Assembly: GCA_002315765.1 (NCBI GenBank)
Contig: DCIE01000070.1
Coordinates: 14,628-78,627, forward strand
DNA from: Ruminococcaceae bacterium UBA1734
Lineage (GTDB): Bacteria; Bacillota; Clostridia; Oscillospirales; Acutalibacteraceae
Direction of reading: 5' to 3'
Length of the DNA: 64,000 nucleotides
The position numbers and the translations under genes are program-made. The notes below the pieces were generated by a model. The model was given only the letters and a program-made list of their open reading frames with translations, did no database searches and was not told the DNA's origin. Of this stretch, positions 48,145 through 57,769 are shown in pieces; the first letter of the stretch is position 1, and each line of letters opens with the position of its first letter.

Positions 48145-49326
48145 TTATAAATCAAGATTTTTGAACAGTTTTTTTCGCTTAGAAATCTCTTTCCATTGTT
48201 TATTTATAAAGAAATGCTTTAAAACATTGTCTTTAAAAATTCTGTTAATATATCTGAAAATTTGATAAATCCAAGCAAAAGGACGAAGTATTTTTACCTT
48301 TTGTGCAAGTTTCCAATGGCTTAAACCGGTGTTTTGCAAGTATTTAAGCCAGGAAATAAAGTCGTTTTTATAGGATGCAACACTGACAACTCGTTGGTCG
48401 CCCTTATGTTTATTGCCGAAATTACCGTTACTTAAAATAAAAACGAATAGTTCATCGGCAGTTTCTTGGGAACAATCATCGCACCATGTAATATTACTCG
48501 GCAAAGAAAAATATTTTTTACCAATCATTGTTAAAGCTTTTGCAAGTTTAGTCAAACCGGATTTTTCAACAATATTTGAAAATTCGTTATTCCAAAAATC
48601 GTTATTACAAACACTTCTGACAAATTCAATCCAGTCAATTAACTGTCTCATACCTAAATCGCCGTCAAGATGCTGCTTCGCATGGTCAAGGAGAATAATT
48701 CCGTTTTCAAAATCAGGTAAAATCGGCAAAGATAAACCATTTATACTATATGTTTTACTTTTTGAAATCGAGTCAAACAGCATATTGTCAAGCCAATCTT
48801 TATCAAAAAAAGAATGATGTAATTCAACCACAATTCCGTTTTTGCTAAAAGAAGTATTTCTCGGGTCGTCATAGTTTCCGGTCAATCTTGTAAAATCATT
48901 GTTTTCTAAAACCGATGCGGCAATTTCAAAGTCCTTTGGATTTACAAGTACATCAACATCACCGAAAGTACGGTAAATACCGCTTGGATAATAACTTGCA
49001 GAGGCACTACCCTTTAATACCACACAGTCGATATTATTTTGTTTTAATACCTTGCATGTATAATCCTCAAGCTTTTGAATTTTCATACCCGATGCAATGG
49101 TTTTTAAGGCAAAATCTTCCCATTTGGTTTTGCAGGAATTTGACAAAGGCAGTAAGTGATAAATCGGAGTAGTTAATGTAAGAACCGCTTGTTGCTTAAA
49201 TTCTTCAAAAATTTCAAACTCGGACTCACCGTTAATTAAGGAAAAATCTTCCTTTGTAAAATTGCAACCATTTTGTAAAGATGTATTTATAATATTTACA
49301 ATAGTGGATTGTAGATTTGTAAGCAT
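48145..49326 (-). CDS. uncharacterised nucleotidyltransferase-fold protein (NTP_transf_5-like)
   Basis: 393 aa. ..LKGSASASYYP...FGDVDVLVNPKDF.. (GxxDxD-type NTase motif). Last gene of the locus. Confidence 0.5.
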   Translation of the reverse strand: MLTNLQSTIVNIINTSLQNGCNFTKEDFSLINGESEFEIFEEFKQQAVLTLTTPIYHLLPLSNSCKTKWEDFALKTIASGMKIQKLEDYTCKVLKQNNIDCVVLKGSASASYYPSGIYRTFGDVDVLVNPKDFEIAASVLENNDFTRLTGNYDDPRNTSFSKNGIVVELHHSFFDKDWLDNMLFDSISKSKTYSINGLSLPILPDFENGIILLDHAKQHLDGDLGMRQLIDWIEFVRSVCNNDFWNNEFSNIVEKSGLTKLAKALTMIGKKYFSLPSNITWCDDCSQETADELFVFILSNGNFGNKHKGDQRVVSVASYKNDFISWLKYLQNTGLSHWKLAQKVKILRPFAWIYQIFRYINRIFKDNVLKHFFINKQWKEISKRKKLFKNLDL

Positions 49327-49361
49327 ATATATTCCTCTTAACTAAAAATACTGTGTATATA

Positions 49362-50162
49362 TTACGGCTTAAAAACTTCACCGTCTGCAAATTTTAAATA
49401 AACAAAACTGTGATTTGAAATGCGTTTTTCCTCATCGGGCAATTTCATATAATCACCATATTCATTTTCTAAATATTTATTATGGTTTTTCGGTGCTTTA
49501 AAATCATTACACTCAAAAGATACAGTATCATAACCATCAAAAAAACTTTTAGGATGTAATGCGAAGTCAAAAAACTGGGTTGGGTCGGTAACAAAGGTTT
49601 TACTTCCAATGCCTTTTGCGTAAATTTTACATAAACGCTTTTGAGCCTTATTGACATCAAAATATTTTAAAACTTTTGAAAATGATTGAACTAACAACCT
49701 ATCTCCCTTGGTTGTACGGTAATAATTTGATTGAACAATCGAGTAATTAAAATATCTTCTTAAATTACCGCAAAATCTCGGAAATTGAAAATCACTAATG
49801 GAAAATAATGGAAACACATCAATATAAATACCTCCGATATAATTAGAGTTTTCAAATCTCTTTTCTTTAAGCTCGGTATTTATATCAATTATTTTTGGGA
49901 AAACATAAGGGTAATCTTTAACGGTTGTAAAATCGTGTAGCATCAAATTATTTAAAGGACCGTTAGAAAATATCTTTTGAAGTTTTTCATAATCTTTTCC
50001 GTCAATATAAATATCTATATCATCGTCCCACGGTATAAATCCCTTATGTCGTTCGGCACCTAAAACCGTTCCGAATGCCAACCAATAATTAATATTGTTT
50101 TGGTCTAAAATGTCAGCACATCGTTTTAAAAGCGATAATAATTCGGTTTGAATTTTATTCAT
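49362..50162 (-). CDS. licD: LicD-family phosphotransferase (phosphocholine/phospho-alcohol transfer to glycan)
   Basis: 266 aa. ..NYWLAFGTVLGAERHKGFIPWDDDIDIYI.., ..YGDYMKLP. Confidence 0.8.
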   Translation of the reverse strand: MNKIQTELLSLLKRCADILDQNNINYWLAFGTVLGAERHKGFIPWDDDIDIYIDGKDYEKLQKIFSNGPLNNLMLHDFTTVKDYPYVFPKIIDINTELKEKRFENSNYIGGIYIDVFPLFSISDFQFPRFCGNLRRYFNYSIVQSNYYRTTKGDRLLVQSFSKVLKYFDVNKAQKRLCKIYAKGIGSKTFVTDPTQFFDFALHPKSFFDGYDTVSFECNDFKAPKNHNKYLENEYGDYMKLPDEEKRISNHSFVYLKFADGEVFKP

Positions 50163-51918
50163 GTTGATTCCTCAAAACATATTCGGTAATTTTTGTTCTT
50201 CTGTCAATTATATACTTTGTTAAAGCATCATTTTTAAGCTTATTAGGATTTTTACAATGCTTTTGTTTGGGGTCCTTAACTAAATCGTAGTATTCGGAAA
50301 TCTTAAGTTTGGCATTGGTCGGAAATAATCCCTGCTTAAGTCCTATTAATTCCCTGCCGTCGAAAGCACCGAACATTAACTGTCTTCTTCTAAGGTCAGG
50401 ACAACCGCTACCGCAATATTCAATGCCTAAAATATCATAGCCCTCCTCAAGCACTGATTTTCCGGTAAAGTTTTCCGGAACCGTAAGTCCGGACATTTTA
50501 AGAGCAGTAAGCGGAATATCTTTACTTTCGTGAAGCTCGGTAACTCGCTTGTGTTCAAGCGATTTATCAACCATAACAAATGGAATACGGTAGTTTTCAA
50601 GAAAGAAATCAATGCCAAATGTTGTTCTAATCGGATTATAACTAAATGCAAATCCGTGGTCAGCCATTATGTAAACCGTGGTGTTATCCAGTTCGTTTCT
50701 TTTTTCCAACTCTTCAAAAATCTCTTTAATTACATTGTCAATATGAATCAAAGACAAATCGTGAGTAATAGAACCACAAAAGTTTTTATCTAAAGAATCA
50801 AGATAGTTATTAATTGTTTTGGCTTGTTGTTTAATCCTGTCAATATTATCGGTATCGTAAGAGAAAAATTCTTCGGGACTGTGTATATCATCAACATGAA
50901 TACAAGCAAAATACGGGTTATCACTTTTCTTATCATCCAACCAGTTGTAAAAATGGTTAATATGCTTTTCTAAAGACGGAGCATTTTTAAATACGCCCGG
51001 ATTTGTAATTCTCTCCAATAAATCCGGGTCGGTGTAAGCATTAAGGGTGGAAAGAAAAGCTTTTCCGAGTTGCTTAACTGAATCGCTACAAGGCTTGAAA
51101 ATAAGATTTAGACCCAATTTAAAGATTTTTCCGAAAGGTACATGGTTATTTTTGAAATTCAATTTTTTGTTAAGTTTATCAATCCGCAAAAATGTAGGAG
51201 TTAATACCTCATTAATTTGGTCGTTGATTTTCGGGTCTTTTATCTTTAAATATTGTGAAAAATACGGAATTTTGAATAAATCGTGTTGTAATCCCTTTTC
51301 TAAAAAACCATTGATAAAATCAAGTTTATTTAATTCGTATTTTTCAATTTGCCTGTTTAAAAACTTTAAATATGACTGTGATTTGTACGCAGGAGCATTT
51401 TCAATTATTAACTCGACTTCTTTATCTTTGTTTACTAAAGCCGTTAAGAACTTTTTCCATTCATAAAGATTATCATCAAACAAACGGACTAATTGTTTTT
51501 TATCAATTTCATCTAATTCTTTTAAATTGCTGTAATGAAGCAAACGATAATGCCATAGTGCAGATAATTCAAAACCAACACTGTTATAAATGTCGGTTAC
51601 TCCCCTTCTCAGGGATGAAGGAAAGCATTGTGGTTGAAAAGAATTGTAATATACATCGTATCCGTTTTCTTTGTAAACCTCAAAAATTGTCTTGGGAGAC
51701 ATATTATATCTTTCAATATAACCACCGTTGTCAAGAACATTTTGACCGCAGTATAGACTCTGTACTGCCGCTTCGGTATATGGAGCTTGAGAAAACATAT
51801 TTTCACAAGAAACATACTTATCTTCCAATGACCTTAAAAAAGGCATTAATTTTCTATCGGTTTCACTAACTCTTGTATAATTAAGCGAATCAATAACTAA
51901 AAAAATCGTATTTTTCAT
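50155..51918 (-). CDS. soluble sulfatase/alkaline-phosphatase-superfamily enzyme (LtaS/phosphotransferase-like)
   Basis: 587 aa with no TM or signal peptide. N-terminal metal site IFLVIDSLN.., ..SQAPYTEAAV (Thr nucleophile context), ..IMADHGF. 8-nt overlap with the downstream LicD gene. Confidence 0.6.
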   Translation of the reverse strand: MKNTIFLVIDSLNYTRVSETDRKLMPFLRSLEDKYVSCENMFSQAPYTEAAVQSLYCGQNVLDNGGYIERYNMSPKTIFEVYKENGYDVYYNSFQPQCFPSSLRRGVTDIYNSVGFELSALWHYRLLHYSNLKELDEIDKKQLVRLFDDNLYEWKKFLTALVNKDKEVELIIENAPAYKSQSYLKFLNRQIEKYELNKLDFINGFLEKGLQHDLFKIPYFSQYLKIKDPKINDQINEVLTPTFLRIDKLNKKLNFKNNHVPFGKIFKLGLNLIFKPCSDSVKQLGKAFLSTLNAYTDPDLLERITNPGVFKNAPSLEKHINHFYNWLDDKKSDNPYFACIHVDDIHSPEEFFSYDTDNIDRIKQQAKTINNYLDSLDKNFCGSITHDLSLIHIDNVIKEIFEELEKRNELDNTTVYIMADHGFAFSYNPIRTTFGIDFFLENYRIPFVMVDKSLEHKRVTELHESKDIPLTALKMSGLTVPENFTGKSVLEEGYDILGIEYCGSGCPDLRRRQLMFGAFDGRELIGLKQGLFPTNAKLKISEYYDLVKDPKQKHCKNPNKLKNDALTKYIIDRRTKITEYVLRNQHE

Positions 51919-51924
51919 TGAAAA

Positions 51925-53415
51925 CTAACCTCTTTTTACGACTGATAACATTTTATCTTTTATGGAAACATACCGTTCCAATAAGAATTTTCTATATTCG
52001 GGGAATATGAAAAGTAATGCAAAATAAACAATCATACAAACAAAAACACTTGCAAATTGAAGAAAATAGTTATTGTTTATGAATGATTTAAACAGTATTG
52101 CAACAGCACCCATTATTGCCGAACAAAGTATGGGTTCTTTAACACTCCAAAACATTTTAAAGGGCGAAAGCTTAAATGTAAATTTAACGAAAATCATATG
52201 AACAACAATGATTTGCAAATATGCGAAAGAACGGGCATAGGCAAGTTCACGGAAACCTCTATTCACAAAAATAAAACATACGGGAATTAAGAAAATCAAA
52301 TGGAAAACCTGAGCAAAAAGTGAAATTTTCGGTTTTCCTTTTGCTCTGTATAATTCCCTGCTAAATGTACCGAATACGCAAACAAAAGAAGTACAAAGTC
52401 CCCAAATTCCAACAAAAAAACTTGCTTCCATCCATTTTTCCCCGAGAATAATTCGGGTAACTAAATCGCTGTAACAAAATATTCCAACGCCTAACGGAAT
52501 AACAAACAAAGCGACATTTTTCTGAAATGAATAAAATATGTTTTGGAATTCTTTTTCGTCGTTTTGATAGCGAGATAACGAGGCGAATAAAACCGATGTG
52601 GTTGCACTTGTGATAATGGTAAGAATACCTGTTACAGTGCTCTGAGAATTTTTATAAAGACCGGTGTAATACGAGCCGAGTTTATTGCTGATAATTAAAA
52701 TATCAATATAAGAACTTGCCCACATAGCTATAGACTCAAGAAGAGTCCAAGCGCCAAAGGAAAACATTTCTTTCAGTATTTTCCACCTAAAGAAAAACTT
52801 GGGTTTCCATTCGGACATACAGGTAAGTAAAACAGCCCTTAATATACCACCGGCGATATTGCCGATAATAATAGACCAGTGTTTTAAACCTAATAAGGCA
52901 AGTGGTACCGTAACGACTAATGGTAAAATCGATACTAACAATCGTCTTATAAAAAGCACACGATAGTTTAAATCACGCTGAAAAAGTGCTTCTTGAATAC
53001 TTGAAAGAGCAGTTAAGGGTAAAATTAGCGCCGAAACAGCCAAAGCAACACCGTATCCGCTGTTACCTACCGCATCGGATATAGGATTTCTAAAAAGAAA
53101 AATAATAAGCCAAGCAAAGAAAGCGATTGAAACATTTGTCCAAAAAGCAACAGATGCACCTTTAAATAAATCTTCTTTATTATCATATTCGTGCTGAATA
53201 ACAAATTTTTGAAAACCTGCCGTTGACATAGTATCGGCAAGACTTATAACCATACTGATGGTTGCAATTATTCCAAATGCTTCGGGTGCCAAAATACGCG
53301 CCAATATCATATTGGTAATCGGAACAATTATTTTTGCGGCAATTTCTGCAGCAAAAGACCAAAATGTAGCATTACCGATAGAATTAGCTGTTATATTTTT
53401 AGATGGATTTGACAT
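51925..53415 (-). CDS. wzx: Wzx-type oligosaccharide flippase (MOP superfamily)
   Basis: 496 aa, about 12-14 TM. The N-terminus ..FWSFAAEIAAKIIVPITNMILARILAPEAFG.. is typical of Polysacc_synt proteins. Confidence 0.8.
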   Translation of the reverse strand: MSNPSKNITANSIGNATFWSFAAEIAAKIIVPITNMILARILAPEAFGIIATISMVISLADTMSTAGFQKFVIQHEYDNKEDLFKGASVAFWTNVSIAFFAWLIIFLFRNPISDAVGNSGYGVALAVSALILPLTALSSIQEALFQRDLNYRVLFIRRLLVSILPLVVTVPLALLGLKHWSIIIGNIAGGILRAVLLTCMSEWKPKFFFRWKILKEMFSFGAWTLLESIAMWASSYIDILIISNKLGSYYTGLYKNSQSTVTGILTIITSATTSVLFASLSRYQNDEKEFQNIFYSFQKNVALFVIPLGVGIFCYSDLVTRIILGEKWMEASFFVGIWGLCTSFVCVFGTFSRELYRAKGKPKISLFAQVFHLIFLIPVCFIFVNRGFRELAYARSFAYLQIIVVHMIFVKFTFKLSPFKMFWSVKEPILCSAIMGAVAILFKSFINNNYFLQFASVFVCMIVYFALLFIFPEYRKFLLERYVSIKDKMLSVVKRG

Positions 53416-53421
53416 AAAAAA

Positions 53422-54582
53422 TTATCCTTTTATTCTTGAATATATTTTATCGAGATGCAAGATACTTAATACTCGTAAAAAATATTGATATACAGTTGAT
53501 TTCATTGTTTTGGGGGCATACTTATTAAGAGCATACTCATATCCGTACTTATCAAAATCCTGCCAAAACAAATCTACTCTATTTGATTTTTTAACAGGAT
53601 TATTCATTGCGCCTATATATAGTTTTGATACATCAACCGGGAAAATGTTACAACAATCCTTTAAGCCTTCAAGCATTATTTCACCTTTTTCGGTGTTAGT
53701 GAAAACAAGTGATGTGCCTAAGCAATTATGTATATTTGCAATCTTCCCTGTTTCCCAAAGGTCTCCGATTGTAATATCGCCATAACGGTGTTTTGATGCG
53801 TAAGGACACGCATAGCAGGATTCGCGCATATTTAGGGTGTATAATTTAAGAAGTCTTTTTAGATTTACCGAAGATTTTTCAGTACCATCAGAAAAAGAAA
53901 TTGACAATGTATGATTATATCCGTATTTTTTACTTCTATAAGAAAAATCAACGGTTTTTTTATTGTATTTTTTTTCAAAAAGTTCAATATGTTTCTTTAA
54001 AACTTTAGGACTCGGAGCACCGTGGCATAGTAAATCTATGATAAATAAATTATTGGGTTTTTCGCCTAAAAAATGAATAAGCTCGGCACACTGGCAAGGT
54101 GTTCCCGTAAATAAAACTTCCCTACCGGAATTAAGTTGTTTTTTAATTTCGGAAAAAACTCCGGTTGTTGAACTTTGAACATATTTAGAGCCCCTCATTC
54201 TATCACGCAAGACAGTATTGTCGGCACAAATATGTTTAACATCTAAGGTGTTTTTATCAAATACGGAACCGAAAGCCAAGCCGTCATTATTTAATATTTT
54301 ATCGGAAACTGCTGTAAAAGCACCACCGGAGGAACTACCGTAAAGCACATTCTTATCAAAATGCTGCAACGCAAAAGAATTCTTAACGGTTTTGCTCGAT
54401 TGATGAGTGTTGTTCATAGCGCAAATTTTGTCGCAAAGTCCGCAACCGACACAAAGACCTTTATCAATAATAGGATATAAAAAGCCTTTGTCATCGGGTT
54501 TCATAGCAATAGCACCACGACCGCATATTTCCGAACAAGCGCCGCAACCGCAACATTTATCTTTTGAAAACTCAGAAACCAT
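53422..54582 (-). CDS. FrhB-like (coenzyme F420 hydrogenase beta-type) protein with N-terminal 2x[4Fe-4S] ferredoxin motifs
   Basis: CCGCGACSEIC and CVGCGLCDKIC, then ..SSSGGAFTAV.., ..GTPCQ.. Start moved to MVSEF. It overlaps the pyruvyl transferase gene. Confidence 0.7.
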   Translation of the reverse strand: MVSEFSKDKCCGCGACSEICGRGAIAMKPDDKGFLYPIIDKGLCVGCGLCDKICAMNNTHQSSKTVKNSFALQHFDKNVLYGSSSGGAFTAVSDKILNNDGLAFGSVFDKNTLDVKHICADNTVLRDRMRGSKYVQSSTTGVFSEIKKQLNSGREVLFTGTPCQCAELIHFLGEKPNNLFIIDLLCHGAPSPKVLKKHIELFEKKYNKKTVDFSYRSKKYGYNHTLSISFSDGTEKSSVNLKRLLKLYTLNMRESCYACPYASKHRYGDITIGDLWETGKIANIHNCLGTSLVFTNTEKGEIMLEGLKDCCNIFPVDVSKLYIGAMNNPVKKSNRVDLFWQDFDKYGYEYALNKYAPKTMKSTVYQYFLRVLSILHLDKIYSRIKG

Positions 54583-55672
54583 TTTTCTCTCCCGAAAGTT
54601 CAATCATCTTTTTAAGATAGGAAAAACTTTTTTCGCGTTCTTGCTCAATAACCTTTTTAGCATTGGTGTAATCAATATTCGTTGTAATTTTATCTTTTGT
54701 GGTATAAATTCTGTCGGATAAACCAAGCATACCTAATAAATCGGTCATTCGTTGGGATTTATAATCTTTAATCAAGGTATAAAAAGGCTTTTCTAAAATA
54801 ATAGATAAAGCCGTACCGTGAAATGATGTAGTAACAACAGCTTCGGCATTGTTTATATATCCTAAAAAATCTCTTGGTCCGGCATTATAGATATTTTTAT
54901 CCGCCTTAATACGCTTAATGGGATTAGTCTGAATACAATAAACCTTATATCCGGTCTGTCTTTTAAGTTCATCAACCGCTTCTTGCAATTTATCGTTACC
55001 GAGTAAAGGAAAACATAAAATATATTTATCTTTTGTATTAGGATTTTTTATAATCTTATGCCACTGTGATTTTTCAAGTAGAAAAGTAGGGTCAATATGA
55101 ACATCGGGTTTTTTATCGGAAAAACTTTCAATATATTCTTTTGCATATTTTTCTCGGACAGATATCATATCAAACTTAGATAGCATTTTGTTGAAAATTC
55201 TTTTTTCCTTATCGTTCCAGTCATATTCGCCTAAACTTGCTGCATAACTAAACCTTTTAACGAAATCGTCTCCGAAATTAAGCAATCTAACAGCCGCAAC
55301 ATCGCATCTAAGACCGAAAACTTGGTCGCTACCGGTAACATAAAAATCCGCAACAGGAGGATTGTCTTTTACTTCTTTGACATTATTATATACTTTTGTT
55401 GTATTTAATATATTTTCACGAAAATTCTTAAAATTGTCTCGCTGTTCTTTTATTTCTCTATAATGTAATGCCCTGCCGCAATTTAAAGCAATTTTAATGA
55501 GATTATCTCTTGAAAAATTAAAACCGATAGGCATAATAATCGGGTCATAAACAGGTATGTCTAACAATTCGTTATCAACACCGAGAGTTTTTAGAGCAGT
55601 TTGAAGAGCATAAGCTTGTAAAACAGCACCGTAATTAATAGCATTTTGCGTAGTTACTGTTACTGATTTCAT
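54572..55672 (-). CDS. polysaccharide pyruvyl transferase
   Basis: 366 aa. N-terminal ..NAINYGAVLQAYALQTAL.., ..VTGSDQVF.., ..TTSFHGTALSI. Confidence 0.75.
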   Translation of the reverse strand: MKSVTVTTQNAINYGAVLQAYALQTALKTLGVDNELLDIPVYDPIIMPIGFNFSRDNLIKIALNCGRALHYREIKEQRDNFKNFRENILNTTKVYNNVKEVKDNPPVADFYVTGSDQVFGLRCDVAAVRLLNFGDDFVKRFSYAASLGEYDWNDKEKRIFNKMLSKFDMISVREKYAKEYIESFSDKKPDVHIDPTFLLEKSQWHKIIKNPNTKDKYILCFPLLGNDKLQEAVDELKRQTGYKVYCIQTNPIKRIKADKNIYNAGPRDFLGYINNAEAVVTTSFHGTALSIILEKPFYTLIKDYKSQRMTDLLGMLGLSDRIYTTKDKITTNIDYTNAKKVIEQEREKSFSYLKKMIELSGEKNGF

Positions 55673-56901
55673 ATAGGCTTTCTCACACCTTTTTTGTTTT
55701 TGATATTATTTTCAATTAAAAATATTTTCCATTCAGCTAAAACAACACCCCAAAATACAGCCATTCCCGTTATATGTGTCATTGTAATAGCATAATTTGA
55801 GAATAAAGACATAACAAGAGAAATACAAAGTGAAGCGGCATAAGCAGAGGCACCGTAAAATTTATATCTAATCATTTCTAAGCAAACCAAAAAAGATTTT
55901 ATATAAAACAAAATAAAAACTATGCATATTACAAAGCCGTAGTCGTACAGAATTTCTAAGAAATCATCATGACAACTCGTATGTCTACCGTAAATTCTTG
56001 TAATAGCGGAAATTCCGTATCCCGTAAGCTTATTCCAAAAAGGTGCCGCCTTAAAAGCTTCCCAAACACCTTTATAAATTTTATCTCTACTGCTACCGCC
56101 ATCGGTTGCTAAAGTTTTAAATCTTTCAATAATATTAATATCAAAACGGTTGATAACAAAGGATAAAACAAAATAAAGCAAAATCGCAATAACTAAAAAC
56201 CAACCGATTTTTTTAAATGTTTCAATATTGGTTTTTCCGATAATAAAATCTACAATAAAAAAGATAAACAATGCTGCAATAATTGCTAAGGCTCCTGCCC
56301 TTTTTGAAGACATTATAACAACAACGCAAACTGCACAAATAGGCAAAATAATTTTTCTGCCTTCTTTCCACATTAAGGCAAAGGGCAAAAGACAAAGAAG
56401 AAAATATGCATCAGATTGATTATCCAAGTTTTCTTGGCTTCTGAGAAGCATCAAATACAATGAAAAAGCGGCAATAATATAGAAACAAATAAAAAACATT
56501 CGCTTGTTTGCTTGGGTAATTCCTTTTGAAGCAATAGAAAAATATGCGCATACTGTAAAAATAAAGTAAGGTGCAACAATTAAGGAGAAAATTGAGGAAA
56601 CGGTAAAATCAGGTAAAGTAAACAATGCAAAAATCCAAACCAATATACCGTAAACAAGACCTGTTCTGATAGGCTCGGGGAATTTATATTTTTTCTTTAA
56701 TAAACCCGTACAATAAAGAAAACCGATAAACACAAAAAGAGCATTAAGTATGTTCCAAATTCCACCCTGACTTTCATTTGCCGAGTCAAAAGAATTTCTA
56801 TAGGCTTTCAATATTATATAAGCACACATTAAAATAAAATAAAAAGACAGTGCTGTGTTTTTTAAAGGTTTTTGTTTAACATTATTATAATTGTTAATCA
56901 C
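55669..56901 (-). CDS. wzy: Wzy-type polymerase / O-antigen ligase-like membrane protein
   Basis: 410 aa, about 10-12 TM, with one larger loop (..ATDGGSSRDKIYKGVWEAF..). Confidence 0.65.
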   Translation of the reverse strand: MINNYNNVKQKPLKNTALSFYFILMCAYIILKAYRNSFDSANESQGGIWNILNALFVFIGFLYCTGLLKKKYKFPEPIRTGLVYGILVWIFALFTLPDFTVSSIFSLIVAPYFIFTVCAYFSIASKGITQANKRMFFICFYIIAAFSLYLMLLRSQENLDNQSDAYFLLCLLPFALMWKEGRKIILPICAVCVVVIMSSKRAGALAIIAALFIFFIVDFIIGKTNIETFKKIGWFLVIAILLYFVLSFVINRFDINIIERFKTLATDGGSSRDKIYKGVWEAFKAAPFWNKLTGYGISAITRIYGRHTSCHDDFLEILYDYGFVICIVFILFYIKSFLVCLEMIRYKFYGASAYAASLCISLVMSLFSNYAITMTHITGMAVFWGVVLAEWKIFLIENNIKNKKGVRKPI

Positions 56902-56934
56902 TGATTTTTCCCTCCGGAATAAAACTACAAACCA

Positions 56935-57759
56935 TTAATCTTTATTAATAGTTTTTACATATTCGTCAAAAGATAAAAGTTTTTTGTAACCATCACGACC
57001 GTATTTCATCCATAAAAGTTTATCCTTATTTGAAAGAGTATGATTGTCCCTTAATCTATAAACCGTATAAAGAATCCATATAAGTGCGGTTTTCGGGAAT
57101 GTAGCCTCAATACCTGCACCCTGACCGAAATAATAGTCTTCTTTAAGCAACGGATTAAACCAAGTGGATGTTTCAAAGGAAAGAATACCTATAGTTTCTT
57201 TTGAAATATAGATTTTCATACCGCTTCTTTTAGCGTCGGCAATCCATAAACTATCCTCGCCGCAAGGAAAAATGCAACCACCGCCAAAAAGGGTTGTAAA
57301 CCAAATATTCGACTGTAGCAGTGCTTTCCTTCTTACAGCAATTCGACATCCTCCCCAAGGCATTTTTTCCAATAGACGGCATTTTCTTGTTTTTGGATAG
57401 CTTCTTTGCTTTCTTGAATCATCGGTAGTATCGTAATGGAAAATGAAAATATCGGCATCGGGATGCCTATCAAATTCCGAAAGAACCTTTTCCTCCATAT
57501 CGTCATAATAAGTAATATCATCATCGGCAAAAAGGCAAATATCGGCACTTGAATACATTATTGCAAGATTTCTGTTGATACCTACACCTTTTGTATCGGT
57601 TGTTATCATTTTTGCAATATGATTTTCAAATTCGTATGTTTCAAATTGTGTTGTGTCAGCTTGGTTTGCAAAAACAACATCTGAATGAATATTCATAGAC
57701 TTAACTTTGGAAAAGTCGGTTTGATTCATTGTAACGCATAAGATTTCAAATTTTGACAT
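56935..57759 (-). CDS. GT-A fold glycosyltransferase (GT2-like)
   Basis: 274 aa. ..ILCVTMNQ.., ..GVGINRN.., DxD region LFADDDI. Confidence 0.65.
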   Translation of the reverse strand: MSKFEILCVTMNQTDFSKVKSMNIHSDVVFANQADTTQFETYEFENHIAKMITTDTKGVGINRNLAIMYSSADICLFADDDITYYDDMEEKVLSEFDRHPDADIFIFHYDTTDDSRKQRSYPKTRKCRLLEKMPWGGCRIAVRRKALLQSNIWFTTLFGGGCIFPCGEDSLWIADAKRSGMKIYISKETIGILSFETSTWFNPLLKEDYYFGQGAGIEATFPKTALIWILYTVYRLRDNHTLSNKDKLLWMKYGRDGYKKLLSFDEYVKTINKD

Positions 57760-57769
57760 AACTTCTCAC

